In this document: positions 32,597 through 46,652 of the stretch, piece by piece
Numbering within the stretch: the first letter of the stretch is position 1
How the letters are laid out: every line of letters begins with the position of its first letter
DNA from: Escherichia coli
GTDB lineage: Bacteria; Pseudomonadota; Gammaproteobacteria; Enterobacterales; Enterobacteriaceae
Assembly (NCBI RefSeq): GCF_003334815.1
Contig: NZ_QOWO01000006.1
Reading direction: 5' to 3' (one strand)
Length of the DNA stretch: 64,000 bases
Program-made: the position numbers and the translations under genes
Notes under the pieces: model-generated
The model's input: only the letters and a program-made list of their open reading frames with translations
Database searches by the model: none
What the model was told of the DNA's origin: nothing

Positions 32597-33958
32597 ATGA
32601 AACTAAAGACCACATTGTTCGGCAATGTATATCAGTTTAAGGATGTAAAAGAGGTGCTGGCTAAAGCCAACGAACTGCGTTCGGGGGATGTGCTGGCGGG
32701 CGTCGCAGCGGCAAGCTCACAGGAGCGCGTGGCGGCAAAGCAGGTGTTGTCGGAAATGACCGTAGCGGACATCCGCAATAATCCGGTGATTGCCTATGAA
32801 GATGACTGCGTGACGCGGCTGATTCAGGACGATGTTAACGAAACGGCCTACAACCAGATTAAAAACTGGAGCATCAGCGAACTGCGTGAGTATGTGCTGA
32901 GCGATGAAACCAGCGTGGACGACATTGCCTTTACCCGCAAAGGGCTGACCTCGGAAGTGGTCGCGGCGGTAGCGAAGATTTGCTCCAACGCGGACCTGAT
33001 CTACGGCGCGAAGAAAATGCCGGTAATCAAAAAGGCCAATACCACCATCGGTATTCCGGGCACCTTTAGCGCCCGTTTGCAGCCAAATGACACCCGTGAC
33101 GACGTGCAAAGTATCGCCGCGCAAATCTACGAAGGGCTTTCCTTCGGGGTGGGCGATGCGGTGATCGGCGTTAACCCGGTGACTGACGACGTGGAAAACT
33201 TAAGCCGCGTGTTGGATACCATCTATGGCGTGATCGACAAATTCAACATCCCAACTCAGGGCTGTGTACTGGCGCACGTCACCACCCAGATCGAAGCGAT
33301 CCGTCGTGGCGCACCGGGCGGGCTGATTTTCCAGAGTATCTGTGGCAGCGAAAAAGGGCTGAAAGAGTTTGGCGTGGAGCTGGCGATGCTCGACGAAGCG
33401 CGCGCAGTGGGCGCGGAGTTCAACCGTATCGCCGGGGAAAACTGCCTCTACTTCGAAACCGGACAAGGCTCTGCGCTATCCGCTGGCGCTAACTTCGGCG
33501 CAGACCAGGTAACGATGGAAGCACGTAACTACGGGCTGGCGCGTCATTACGATCCGTTTATCGTCAACACCGTGGTCGGCTTTATTGGGCCGGAGTATCT
33601 CTACAACGACCGCCAGATTATCCGTGCTGGCTTAGAAGATCACTTTATGGGCAAGCTGAGCGGCATCTCTATGGGCTGTGACTGCTGTTATACCAACCAC
33701 GCTGACGCTGACCAGAACCTCAACGAAAACCTGATGATCCTGCTCGCCACCGCAGGCTGCAACTACATCATGGGGATGCCGCTGGGTGATGACATCATGC
33801 TCAACTACCAGACCACCGCATTCCACGATACCGCCACTGTGCGTCAGTTACTCAACCTGCGCCCGTCACCGGAGTTTGAACGCTGGCTGGAAAGCATGGG
33901 CATTATGGCAAACGGTCGCCTGACCAAACGGGCGGGCGATCCGTCACTGTTCTTCTGA
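32597..33958 (+). CDS. eutB: Ethanolamine ammonia-lyase large subunit
   Basis: 453-aa ORF; starts 11 bp after the eutA stop. Confidence 0.95.
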   Translation: MKLKTTLFGNVYQFKDVKEVLAKANELRSGDVLAGVAAASSQERVAAKQVLSEMTVADIRNNPVIAYEDDCVTRLIQDDVNETAYNQIKNWSISELREYVLSDETSVDDIAFTRKGLTSEVVAAVAKICSNADLIYGAKKMPVIKKANTTIGIPGTFSARLQPNDTRDDVQSIAAQIYEGLSFGVGDAVIGVNPVTDDVENLSRVLDTIYGVIDKFNIPTQGCVLAHVTTQIEAIRRGAPGGLIFQSICGSEKGLKEFGVELAMLDEARAVGAEFNRIAGENCLYFETGQGSALSAGANFGADQVTMEARNYGLARHYDPFIVNTVVGFIGPEYLYNDRQIIRAGLEDHFMGKLSGISMGCDCCYTNHADADQNLNENLMILLATAGCNYIMGMPLGDDIMLNYQTTAFHDTATVRQLLNLRPSPEFERWLESMGIMANGRLTKRAGDPSLFF

Positions 33959-33978
33959 TGACGCGGAGATAACATATC

Positions 33979-34866
33979 ATGGATCAAAAACAGATTGAAG
34001 AAATTGTACGCAGCGTGATGGCGTCAATGGGACAAGCGGCCCCCGCGCCGTCAGAAGCAAAGTGCGCCACCACCAACTGTGCGGCACCGGTGACCTCGGA
34101 AAGCTGTGCGCTGGATTTAGGTTCCGCTGAAGCAAAAGCGTGGATTGGTGTTGAAAATCCGCATCGCGCAGACGTATTAACAGAACTGCGCCGCAGCACC
34201 GTGGCCCGCGTTTGTACCGGTCGTGCCGGTCCGCGTCCACGTACGCAGGCGCTGCTGCGTTTCCTGGCCGATCACTCTCGTTCGAAAGATACCGTACTGA
34301 AAGAAGTGCCGGAAGAGTGGGTGAAAGCGCAGGGCTTGCTGGAAGTACGCTCTGAAATTAGCGACAAAAATCTCTACCTGACTCGCCCGGATATGGGCCG
34401 CCGCCTGTGTGCAGAAGCTGTTGAAGCGCTGAAAGCGCAGTGTGTTGCCAATCCGGACGTACAGGTCGTTATTTCTGATGGCCTGTCAACTGATGCGATC
34501 ACCGTGAACTACGAAGAGATCCTGCCACCGCTGATGGCGGGCCTGAAACAGGCCGGGCTGAAAGTCGGTACACCATTCTTTGTTCGTTATGGTCGCGTGA
34601 AGATTGAAGATCAGATCGGTGAGATCCTCGGCGCGAAAGTAGTGATCCTGCTGGTGGGCGAACGTCCGGGGTTGGGTCAGTCAGAAAGCCTCTCCTGCTA
34701 CGCCGTTTACTCGCCGCGTATGGCGACCACCGTTGAGGCCGATCGCACCTGTATCTCTAACATTCACCAGGGCGGCACGCCGCCGGTTGAAGCCGCAGCC
34801 GTCATTGTGGATTTGGCGAAACGTATGCTGGAGCAGAAAGCATCCGGCATCAACATGACCCGATAA
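33979..34866 (+). CDS. eutC: Ethanolamine ammonia-lyase small subunit
   Basis: 295-aa ORF. Confidence 0.95.
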
Positions 34867-34875
34867 GGAGGCATC

Positions 34876-35535
34876 ATGCCAGCTTTAGATTTGATTCGAC
34901 CGTCTGTCACCGCTATGCGGGTGATTGCCTCCGTTAACGCCGATTTTGCGCGTGAACTGAAATTGCCGCCGCATATTCGTAGCCTCGGTCTGATTTCTGC
35001 CGACTCCGATGACGTCACCTACATTGCCGCTGATGAAGCGACCAAGCAGGCGATGGTGGAAGTGGTGTATGGCCGCTCGCTATATGCGGGCGCTGCACAC
35101 GGCCCGTCACCGACTGCCGGTGAAGTGCTGATTATGCTTGGTGGGCCAAACCCGGCGGAAGTGCGTGCAGGTCTGGATGCGATGATTGCGCATATTGAAA
35201 ATGGCGCAGCTTTCCAGTGGGCTAATGACGCGCAAGATACGGCATTCCTGGCACATGTAGTTTCGCGTACCGGTTCTTATCTCTCATCAACCGCCGGGAT
35301 CACGCTTGGCGATCCGATGGCGTATCTGGTGGCACCGCCGCTGGAAGCGACCTATGGCATTGATGCAGCCCTGAAGTCTGCCGACGTACAGCTGGCGACC
35401 TATGTCCCGCCACCGTCTGAAACCAACTACTCGGCAGCATTTTTAACCGGTAGCCAGGCAGCGTGTAAAGCAGCCTGTAACGCCTTTACCGATGCAGTGC
35501 TGGAAATCGCGCGTAATCCAATCCAGCGTGCGTAA
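34876..35535 (+). CDS. eutL: BMC-T (tandem-domain) shell protein EutL
   Basis: 219-aa ORF. Confidence 0.92.
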   Translation: MPALDLIRPSVTAMRVIASVNADFARELKLPPHIRSLGLISADSDDVTYIAADEATKQAMVEVVYGRSLYAGAAHGPSPTAGEVLIMLGGPNPAEVRAGLDAMIAHIENGAAFQWANDAQDTAFLAHVVSRTGSYLSSTAGITLGDPMAYLVAPPLEATYGIDAALKSADVQLATYVPPPSETNYSAAFLTGSQAACKAACNAFTDAVLEIARNPIQRA

Positions 35536-35547
35536 CGGAGGTTGCCG

Positions 35548-36048
35548 ATGATCAATGCACTGGGATTGCTGGAAGTGGACGGCATGGTCGCCGCGATAGA
35601 TGCAGCGGATGCCATGCTCAAAGCAGCTAACGTTCGTCTGCTCAGTCACGAAGTGCTTGACCCTGGTCGCTTAACGCTGGTGGTGGAAGGCGATCTGGCG
35701 GCGTGTCGTGCGGCGCTGGACGCAGGTTGTGCTGCCGCGATGCGTACCGGGCGTGTCATCAGCCGCAAGGAGATCGGTCGGCCAGACGATGACACCCAGT
35801 GGCTGGTTACTGGCTTTAACCGCCAGCCGAAGCAACCCGTAAGGGAACCCGACGCGCCAGTTATCGTCGCGGAATCTGCTGACGAGTTGTTGGCGCTGTT
35901 AACATCAGTACGTCAGGGAATGACGGCAGGAGAAGTGGCTGCCCACTTTGGCTGGCCGCTGGAAAAAGCCAGAAATGCGCTCGAACAGCTCTTTTCTGCC
36001 GGGACGTTACGTAAACGCAGTAGTCGTTATCGTCTCAAGCCCCATTAA
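35548..36048 (+). CDS. eutK: BMC shell protein EutK (BMC domain plus C-terminal helix-turn-helix)
   Basis: ORF track 35542..36048 opens at a TTG; trimmed to ATG 35548 (MINALGLLEVDGMVAAIDA..., 166 aa). Confidence 0.88.
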   Translation: MINALGLLEVDGMVAAIDAADAMLKAANVRLLSHEVLDPGRLTLVVEGDLAACRAALDAGCAAAMRTGRVISRKEIGRPDDDTQWLVTGFNRQPKQPVREPDAPVIVAESADELLALLTSVRQGMTAGEVAAHFGWPLEKARNALEQLFSAGTLRKRSSRYRLKPH

Positions 36049-36060
36049 CCTGTCGGAGGT

Positions 36061-36084
36061 GCCGGGTGTCCTACAACACCCGGC
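36061..36084 (+). other. Stable stem-loop just upstream of the eutR ribosome-binding site
   Basis: GCCGGGTGT-CCTACA-ACACCCGGC (9-bp perfect stem); no U-tract. Confidence 0.4.
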
Positions 36085-36093
36085 ATTAACATC

Positions 36094-37146
36094 ATGAAAA
36101 AGACCCGTACAGCCAATTTGCACCATCTTTATCATGAACCCTTACCCGAAAACCTGAAGCTCACGCCGAAGGTCGAAGTGGATAATGTTCATCAACGACA
36201 GACAACGGATGTCTATGAACATGCTTTAACGATTACCGCCTGGCAGCAGATTTACGATCAGCTGCATCCGGGCAAGTTTCATGGTGAATTTACGGAAATT
36301 CTACTCGATGATATTCAGGTTTTTCGTGAATACACCGGTCTGGCGCTGCGTCAGTCGTGCCTGGTCTGGCCGAACTCGTTCTGGTTTGGCATTCCGGCGA
36401 CGCGCGGTGAGCAGGGATTTATCGGTTCGCAATGTCTGGGAAGCGCGGAAATCGCCACCCGCCCTGGTGGCACTGAATTTGAACTGAGCACGCCGGATGA
36501 TTACACGATCCTGGGCGTGGTGCTTTCTGAAGATGTCATCACCCGGCAGGCTAACTTTTTGCATAACCCGGATCGGGTATTACATATGTTGCGTAACCAG
36601 TCGGCGCTGGAAGTGAAAGAGCAGCATAAAGCCGCGCTGTGGGGCTTTGTCCAACAGGCGCTGGCGACGTTTTGCGAGAATCCGGAAAATCTCCATCAGC
36701 CTGCAGTGCGAAAAGTGCTGGGGGATAATTTGCTAATGGCGATGGGGGCCATGCTGGAAGAAGCGCAACCAATGGTGACGGCGGAAAGCATCAGTCATCA
36801 GAGTTACCGTCGATTGCTTTCCCGCGCCCGTGAATATGTGCTGGAAAACATGTCCGAACCGGTGACGGTGCTGGATTTGTGTAATCAACTGCATGTCAGC
36901 CGCCGCACGCTACAAAACGCGTTTCACGCTATTTTAGGCATTGGCCCGAACGCGTGGCTGAAACGCATTCGCCTGAACGCCGTACGCCGCGAACTGATAA
37001 GTCCGTGGTCGCAAAGTATGACGGTAAAAGACGCCGCCATGCAGTGGGGATTCTGGCATCTGGGGCAATTTGCCACGGATTACCAGCAGCTGTTTTCCGA
37101 GAAGCCGTCACTGACGCTGCATCAGCGGATGCGGGAGTGGGGGTGA
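36094..37146 (+). CDS. eutR: AraC-family transcriptional activator of the eut operon
   Basis: 350-aa ORF; last gene of the operon. Confidence 0.92.
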
Positions 37147-37151
37147 GGGAG

Positions 37152-38054
<903 letters not shown>

Positions 38055-38924
38055 TTATCGCTTTTTCGAATGTGCTTTCTGGTTGTCGAACCAGTGGAAA
38101 TAACTGATCACGCCTTCAGCAATCGCTGTGGCGATTTTCTGACGAAACGCCGCCGTGCCTAACAGCCGTTCTTCTTCCGGGTTGGTGATAAACGAGGTTT
38201 CCACCAGCACCGAAGGAACCGACGGTGATTTCAACACCACAAATGCCGCTTGTTCGGTGTTGCGGCTGTGCAGTTTATGCACCGGCTTAATCTTCTTCAG
38301 AATATGCGAGCCGAGCGTCAGACTATTTTTAATGGTATCTGTTTGCACCAGATCAAACAGCACTTGTTGCAATAGGTGATCCTTGTCAGTCGTCTTTTTA
38401 CCGGCAACTTCATCGGCGCGGTTTTCGCGTTCAGACAGGTATTTCGCCATTGCGCTACTTGCCCCACGGTTAGAGAGGGCAAATACCGAAGCACCGGCAG
38501 CTTTCGGGTTGGTAAAGCCATCGGCATGAATTGACATAAACAGATCTGCGCCATGTTTATGGGCGATTTCAACGCGATCGTAAAGTGGGATAAACGTATC
38601 GCCAGAACGCGTTAAACGCGCATCAATCCCATGATTACGCAAAATGGAACGGACGTTTTTAGCAATCGCCAGCACCACATGTTTTTCTTTCGAACCGTTG
38701 CGTCCGATCGCTCCGGTATCAATTCCGCCGTGACCTGGATCGAGAACAACGACACGTTTGCCGCCAGATTTTTTGGCTTTCGGCTTGCTGTGTCCGTTGC
38801 TGGTTTTTAAAAGTTCGTCTTTGGCGATGGCTTGCGACATTCCTGACAACGTCAGGGCAGCCAAACCGGCTTTCAGCACCTGGCGGCGCGAAGTGAGTGT
38901 TTTTAGTGGTTTAAAAGTGCTCAT
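38055..38924 (-). CDS. amiA: N-acetylmuramoyl-L-alanine amidase A (Tat-exported)
   Basis: 289-aa ORF; twin-arginine signal SRRQVLKAGLAALTLSG. Confidence 0.93.
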   Translation of the reverse strand: MSTFKPLKTLTSRRQVLKAGLAALTLSGMSQAIAKDELLKTSNGHSKPKAKKSGGKRVVVLDPGHGGIDTGAIGRNGSKEKHVVLAIAKNVRSILRNHGIDARLTRSGDTFIPLYDRVEIAHKHGADLFMSIHADGFTNPKAAGASVFALSNRGASSAMAKYLSERENRADEVAGKKTTDKDHLLQQVLFDLVQTDTIKNSLTLGSHILKKIKPVHKLHSRNTEQAAFVVLKSPSVPSVLVETSFITNPEEERLLGTAAFRQKIATAIAEGVISYFHWFDNQKAHSKKR

Positions 38925-39137
38925 ACGGCCTGAGTTGTAATAATAAAGTTCCAGATGTTATATCGTATCGCGTAATCCGTTACGACGGTTTGCTGTTGAG
39001 AATTGTTTTACTTTTCATTTCAATAGTTGACAACTCCCCATTATGCCACTTTTTCAACCGATTTTCGTCAGATATTGGCTAATTCGACCGTTCACGCCAT
39101 AATCAGCCTTTTAACCCGCAAAAAGGTAACGAATACC

Positions 39138-39563
39138 ATGGAGATACGCGTATTTCGCCAGGAAGATTTCGAAGAGGTCATCACCCTTTGGGAGCGTTGC
39201 GACTTGCTGCGTCCGTGGAACGATCCGGAAATGGACATCGAGCGTAAGATGAACCATGACGTCAGTTTGTTTTTGGTCGCTGAGGTAAACGGTGACGTGG
39301 TCGGAACGGTGATGGGCGGTTATGACGGGCATCGCGGGTCTGCTTATTATCTTGGCGTGCATCCAGAGTTTCGTGGGCGTGGGATTGCCAATGCGTTGCT
39401 TAATCGGCTGGAGAAAAAGCTGATTGCTCGTGGCTGCCCGAAAATTCAGATCAATGTGCCGGAAGATAACGACATGGTGCTCGGAATGTATGAACGCCTG
39501 GGATATGAACACGCCGACGTGCTGAGTCTGGGTAAGCGTTTGATTGAAGATGAAGAGTACTGA
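39138..39563 (+). CDS. ypeA: GNAT-family acetyltransferase YpeA
   Basis: ORF track 39027..39563; start trimmed to [14 protein letters not shown]... (141 aa). Confidence 0.88.
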   Translation: MEIRVFRQEDFEEVITLWERCDLLRPWNDPEMDIERKMNHDVSLFLVAEVNGDVVGTVMGGYDGHRGSAYYLGVHPEFRGRGIANALLNRLEKKLIARGCPKIQINVPEDNDMVLGMYERLGYEHADVLSLGKRLIEDEEY

Positions 39564-39999
39564 GTTTCATCCTGTCCATTATGATGCGCACGGTCGCCTG
39601 CGTTTACCCTTGCTCTTCTGGCTTGTGCTATTGCTTCAGGCGCGAACCTGGGTGCTGTTTGTCATTGCCGGTGCGTCGCGCGAGCAGGGTACTGCGCTGC
39701 TAAATCTGTTTTATCCCGATCACGATAATTTCTGGCTGGGGCTGATTCCTGGCATTCCGGCGGTGCTGGCGTTTTTGTTGAGCGGTCGGCGGGCTACGTT
39801 TCCTCGCACCTGGCGTGTACTCTATTTTCTGTTGCTGTTGGCGCAGGTGGTTTTACTTTGCTGGCAACCGTGGCTGTGGCTGAACGGTGAATCCGTTAGC
39901 GGTATCGGTCTGGCGCTGGTAGTGGCGGATATTGTGGCGTTAATCTGGCTGCTGACCAATCGACGTTTACGCGCTTGTTTTAATGAAGTAAAAGAATAA
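39550..39999 (+). CDS. yfeZ: Inner-membrane protein YfeZ
   Basis: ORF track 39544..39999; start trimmed to [12 protein letters not shown]... (149 aa); overlaps the ypeA 3' end; multiple TM segments. Confidence 0.85.
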   Translation: MKSTEFHPVHYDAHGRLRLPLLFWLVLLLQARTWVLFVIAGASREQGTALLNLFYPDHDNFWLGLIPGIPAVLAFLLSGRRATFPRTWRVLYFLLLLAQVVLLCWQPWLWLNGESVSGIGLALVVADIVALIWLLTNRRLRACFNEVKE

Positions 40000-40059
40000 C
40001 GGCACTTTTTGGTGAATTTGCACTCCAAGCAACGTTATTGAATAACCAAAGGAAGTGAC

Positions 40060-40635
40060 ATGAAATCGCTGCGTTTAATGTTATGCGCTATGCCATTGAT
40101 GCTGACCGGCTGTTCCACGATGTCGTCAGTTAACTGGTCTGCCGCTAACCCGTGGAACTGGTTTGGGTCGTCCACCAAAGTGAGCGAGCAGGGCGTGGGT
40201 GAATTAACGGCGTCCACACCACTGCAAGAACAAGCTATTGCCGATGCGCTTGATGGCGATTATCGCCTGCGCAGCGGAATGAAAACCGCGAACGGCAACG
40301 TGGTGCGCTTTTTTGAAGTGATGAAGGGCGACAACGTGGCGATGGTGATTAACGGCGATCAAGGCACGATCAGTCGCATTGACGTGCTGGATAGCGATAT
40401 TCCTGCTGACACCGGTGTTAAAATCGGTACACCGTTTAGCGACCTTTACAGCAAAGCATTTGGCAATTGCCAAAAAGCTGATGGTGATGATAATCGTGCC
40501 GTCGAATGTAAAGCCGAAGGCAGTCAACATATTAGCTACCAGTTCAGCGGGGAATGGCGTGGTCCTGAAGGGTTAATGCCTTCGGACGATACCCTGAAAA
40601 ACTGGAAAGTCAGTAAAATTATCTGGCGGCGTTAA
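40060..40635 (+). CDS. yfeY: Lipoprotein YfeY
   Basis: 191-aa ORF with lipobox MLTGCS. Confidence 0.88.
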   Translation: MKSLRLMLCAMPLMLTGCSTMSSVNWSAANPWNWFGSSTKVSEQGVGELTASTPLQEQAIADALDGDYRLRSGMKTANGNVVRFFEVMKGDNVAMVINGDQGTISRIDVLDSDIPADTGVKIGTPFSDLYSKAFGNCQKADGDDNRAVECKAEGSQHISYQFSGEWRGPEGLMPSDDTLKNWKVSKIIWRR

Positions 40636-40646
40636 TTTGCGTCTGA

Positions 40647-41630
<984 letters not shown>

Positions 41631-41652
41631 GCGTTTCTGATTCATTGATTAA

Positions 41653-41684
41653 AGGCCAGGCAGTAACATTACTGACTGGCCTCA
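41653..41684. other. Hairpin copy 1 (left flank of the yfeX-yfeW BIME)
   Basis: GGCCAGGCAGTAACATTACTGACTGGCC; a near-identical copy lies at 41838..41868. Confidence 0.7.
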
Positions 41685-41712
41685 GATTGTTGACCAAGTG
41701 CGCGTTGTACAC

Positions 41713-41810
41713 GCCGGATGCGGCGTGAACGCCTTATCCGGCCTACGAAATCGTGCTAATTCAATATATTGTGGGCTCCACGTAGGCCTGATAAGCGTAG
41801 CGCATCAGGC
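41713..41810. repeat. BIME (two inverted REPs) between the convergent genes yfeX and yfeW
   Basis: GCCGGATGCGGCGTGAACGCCTTATCCGGCCTAC ... GTAGGCCTGATAAGCGTAGCGCATCAGGC. Confidence 0.88.
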
Positions 41811-41837
41811 AGTTTTGCGTTTGTCAGCACTCTCAGA

Positions 41838-41872
41838 CCAGCCAGTAACATTACTGACTGGCCTTTTTATTA
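41838..41872 (+). terminator. Hairpin copy 2 with T-tract, overlapping the yfeW stop codon
   Basis: CCAGCCAGTAACATTACTGACTGGCC followed by TTTTTATTA. Confidence 0.6.
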
Positions 41873-43174
41873 CTTCTGCTTTAACGCCGCATACACCTGA
41901 TCAACTACCCAACCATAAGTTGCAATCGGCAACTGACCGCTTTCGAACATATTGGGATTCTTTTGCGGATCGGCAACCGGCGAATGTGGCTTGTTGCTTA
42001 ACATCACAATCGTCATATGATTCACCGGATCGATAACGGTCACCGTTCCGGTCCAGCCAGTGTGACCGTAGGTTTGCGGGCTTGCCAGCGTGCCAAACGT
42101 CGGCGTCATGGTGGCATTACCATTCACGCGCCAGCCGAGGCCAAAAGTGGCATCTTCCTTAGAGCTGGTGGTGAACATCTTCACCGTTTCCGCATTGAAC
42201 AGCTGCACATCACCATAGCCCCCGCCGTTCAGCATCGTTTGCATTAACACCGCAATATCGCCGGTATTGGAAAACAAACCTGCGTGCCCGGAAACGCCGC
42301 CCATCGAATAAAAGGCTTTTTCATCGTGCACCTGACCCCAGAGAGTGGAGGTGCGGATATTCGGGAAATGGATCACGCCATCGCGGGTATTGCCGTTCAA
42401 TTCCGTGGCGGCAATTTGTTGCGGTTTAAAGCCTTTCAGCAGCGGGTTAAATACCGTATGTGTCAGGCCGAGCGGGCGATAAATCGACTCTTCAACATAG
42501 CGGTCAAGCGGCTGACCGGTAACCGACTCGACGATAAATCCAAGCAGCATATAATCGACATCGCTGTAGATATGTTTGCTGCCGGGCTGATATTCCAGCG
42601 GCGTGCGCTTGATCATCTCCAGCGTCTGGCCTTTATCCTGGGAATATAACGCGCCCGCGACCGCTTTATTCGGGTATTGCGGATCTGCCGGGAAACCGCC
42701 GCTGTGATGCAGCAGGTCAGAAATCCGCAGGGTGTTTTTGCCTTTAATGGTGTCATTTGGACTATCGGCAAACCCCGGAATATATTTCGCAATCCGATCG
42801 TCAGGATGCAGTTTGCCTTCGCTCATCAGCTTTTGCAGGGCGAAGTTCGTGGCGTACATTTTGGTGTTTGAGGCCAGGTCATACAGCGTCCCGGTGGTGG
42901 CTTTGACAGGCTGTTCCATCAACACGCTGCCATCGTACTTTTTCGCCGCTCCCCAGGCTTTGCGATACACAATCTGATTATCTTTAATGATCAGCAGGTT
43001 TACGCTGGGATAACCGACATCAACTTGCTGGCTAATCCAGCGATCCATCTGGTTAAGCCGTTCGACGTTAAACCCTGCTTTCTCTGGCGAGCTTTCTGTC
43101 AGAACAGGGTATTTTGCGGCGCTGACGCTACAACTAACAGCCAGCAGAGAAAGATAGAGCATTGTCCGTTTCAT
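41870..43174 (-). CDS. yfeW: Penicillin-binding protein 4B (class C beta-lactamase fold)
   Basis: ORF track 41870..43261; start trimmed to MKRTMLYLSLLAVSCSVSA... (434 aa); SNTK active-site motif. Confidence 0.9.
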   Translation of the reverse strand: MKRTMLYLSLLAVSCSVSAAKYPVLTESSPEKAGFNVERLNQMDRWISQQVDVGYPSVNLLIIKDNQIVYRKAWGAAKKYDGSVLMEQPVKATTGTLYDLASNTKMYATNFALQKLMSEGKLHPDDRIAKYIPGFADSPNDTIKGKNTLRISDLLHHSGGFPADPQYPNKAVAGALYSQDKGQTLEMIKRTPLEYQPGSKHIYSDVDYMLLGFIVESVTGQPLDRYVEESIYRPLGLTHTVFNPLLKGFKPQQIAATELNGNTRDGVIHFPNIRTSTLWGQVHDEKAFYSMGGVSGHAGLFSNTGDIAVLMQTMLNGGGYGDVQLFNAETVKMFTTSSKEDATFGLGWRVNGNATMTPTFGTLASPQTYGHTGWTGTVTVIDPVNHMTIVMLSNKPHSPVADPQKNPNMFESGQLPIATYGWVVDQVYAALKQK

Positions 43175-43178
43175 GATA

Positions 43179-44603
<1,425 letters not shown>

Positions 44604-44606
44604 GGG

Positions 44607-45503
44607 TTATTCCTTGTCTAAAACCTGACGAATAAAGCCGCCGTGTTGATCCAGGCGTTTTTTAGCTTCTGCGGCATCGAGATTTTTCAGCACCATCACA
44701 ATGGCCGTTTTACAGTTGCGCTCGCAAGCAATTAACGCCGCTTCCGCTTGCTCTGCGCTACATCCGGTGGCGTTTTTAACAATATTGACCTGTCGCACAT
44801 GCAGTTTTTCGTTGGTGGCGACCACATCGACCATCAGGTTGCCGAACACTTTGCCGGATTTAATCATCAGCCCGGTGGAAAGCATATTGAGCACCAGTTT
44901 CTGCGCTGTACCTGCTTTCATCCGCGAAGAACCGGTAACAACTTCGGCACCTACAATCGGTGTAATGGCAAACTCAGCGGTGGTTGAAACGGCGCTCCCC
45001 GGATTACAGGAAATTCCCACTGTGCGGCAGCCGAGCTGGCGTGCGTATTCCAGTCCGGCAATCACATACGGCGTGCGACCGCTGGCAGCAATGCCAACCA
45101 CCACATCCTGTGCCGTTAAATTAATATTTTTCAGATCATTAACACCGCCTTCCCGGCTATCTTCCGCGCCTTCCACCGCGTGCTGAATGGCATATTCGCC
45201 GCCAGCAATCAAACCAACCACCAGACCCGGTTTCACGCCGTAGGTGGGCGGACATTCGCTGGCATCCAGAATCCCCAGACGACCGGATGTTCCCGCACCG
45301 AGGTAAATCAGACGCCCGCCGCCGCTTACCTGGGCGTGGATAACATCGATCGCCGCGGCGATATCCGGCAGTACGCGCTCAACGGCAAGCGGTACGGTTT
45401 TATCTTCATCGTTGATAATCCGGCACATTTCCAGCGTCGATACGCGGTCAATTTCAGCCGAGGCGGTGTTCGAGCCTTCAGTAATCATCTTTTCAAATTG
45501 CAT
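44607..45503 (-). CDS. murQ: N-acetylmuramic acid 6-phosphate etherase
   Basis: 298-aa ORF, SIS domain; 3-bp gap to murP. Confidence 0.93.
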
Positions 45504-45606
45504 CGGTGGTGACCTTACTATTTACGATCAAATAATTGCAGATGTATGGAATCATATATCCCGAATTGACAGGCTTAAAGGAATCATTGAGTCTACACTC
45601 GCAGAG

Positions 45607-45622
45607 TGTGAAGAGCGTCATA
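45607..45622. promoter_or_regulatory. CRP-like site in the murQ-murR divergent promoter region
   Basis: TGTGA-AGAGCG-TCATA, one mismatch from TGTGA-N6-TCACA. Confidence 0.45.
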
Positions 45623-45666
45623 AGAACTTAAGCGGAATTTATGCTGCCAGCCCAGGAGAGTGGAAG

Positions 45667-46524
45667 ATGTTGTACCTGACGAAAATAAGCAATGCGGGGA
45701 GTGAATTCACCGAAAACGAGCAAAAAATCGCTGACTTTCTGCAGGCCAACGTGAGTGAGCTGCAATCCGTTTCTTCACGGCAGATGGCGAAACAGCTCGG
45801 CATTAGCCAGTCGAGCATAGTGAAATTTGCCCAAAAACTCGGCGCGCAAGGATTTACTGAATTGCGTATGGCGTTAATAGGCGAATACAGTGCCAGCCGG
45901 GAGAAAACGAATGCCACGGCACTGCACCTGCACAGTTCGATTACCAGTGATGATTCGCTGGAAGTGATCGCGCGCAAACTGAATCGCGAAAAAGAGCTGG
46001 CGCTGGAGCAAACCTGCGCGTTGCTCGATTACGCGCGGCTGCAAAAAATCATTGAGGTCATCAGTAAAGCACCGTTTATCCAGATAACGGGCCTGGGCGG
46101 ATCGGCGCTGGTGGGGCGCGATCTGTCGTTCAAACTGATGAAAATTGGCTATCGCGTGGCCTGCGAAGCCGACACGCACGTACAAGCCACCGTTTCCCAG
46201 GCGTTGAAAAAAGGCGATGTACAAATCGCTATCTCTTACAGCGGCAGTAAAAAAGAGATTGTCTTGTGCGCAGAAGCGGCACGAAAGCAGGGGGCAACGG
46301 TGATTGCCATTACTTCTCTGACTGACTCTCCGCTGCGGCGGCTGGCGCATTTCACCCTCGATACCGTTTCCGGAGAAACCGAATGGCGTAGCTCGTCGAT
46401 GTCTACCCGCACGGCGCAAAATTCTGTTACCGATTTACTGTTTGTTGGCCTTGTGCAACTCAATGATGTGGAGTCATTGAAAATGATTCAGCGCAGCAGT
46501 GAGCTAACACAACGCCTGAAATGA
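45667..46524 (+). CDS. murR: RpiR/SIS-family repressor of the murQP operon
   Basis: ORF track 45412..46524; start trimmed to [14 protein letters not shown]... (285 aa). Confidence 0.9.
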   Translation: MLYLTKISNAGSEFTENEQKIADFLQANVSELQSVSSRQMAKQLGISQSSIVKFAQKLGAQGFTELRMALIGEYSASREKTNATALHLHSSITSDDSLEVIARKLNREKELALEQTCALLDYARLQKIIEVISKAPFIQITGLGGSALVGRDLSFKLMKIGYRVACEADTHVQATVSQALKKGDVQIAISYSGSKKEIVLCAEAARKQGATVIAITSLTDSPLRRLAHFTLDTVSGETEWRSSSMSTRTAQNSVTDLLFVGLVQLNDVESLKMIQRSSELTQRLK

Positions 46525-46652
46525 TGCATAAAGCAGCGACTGGATTGAGATTTTCCTGAATTAGTGAGCTGATCCGCAGCAATATTTTGTTTATCCTGTA
46601 TTTTCAGAGGGAATGGAGTGTAACGCTCTGTATTAACAAGGAGAGCATTAAA

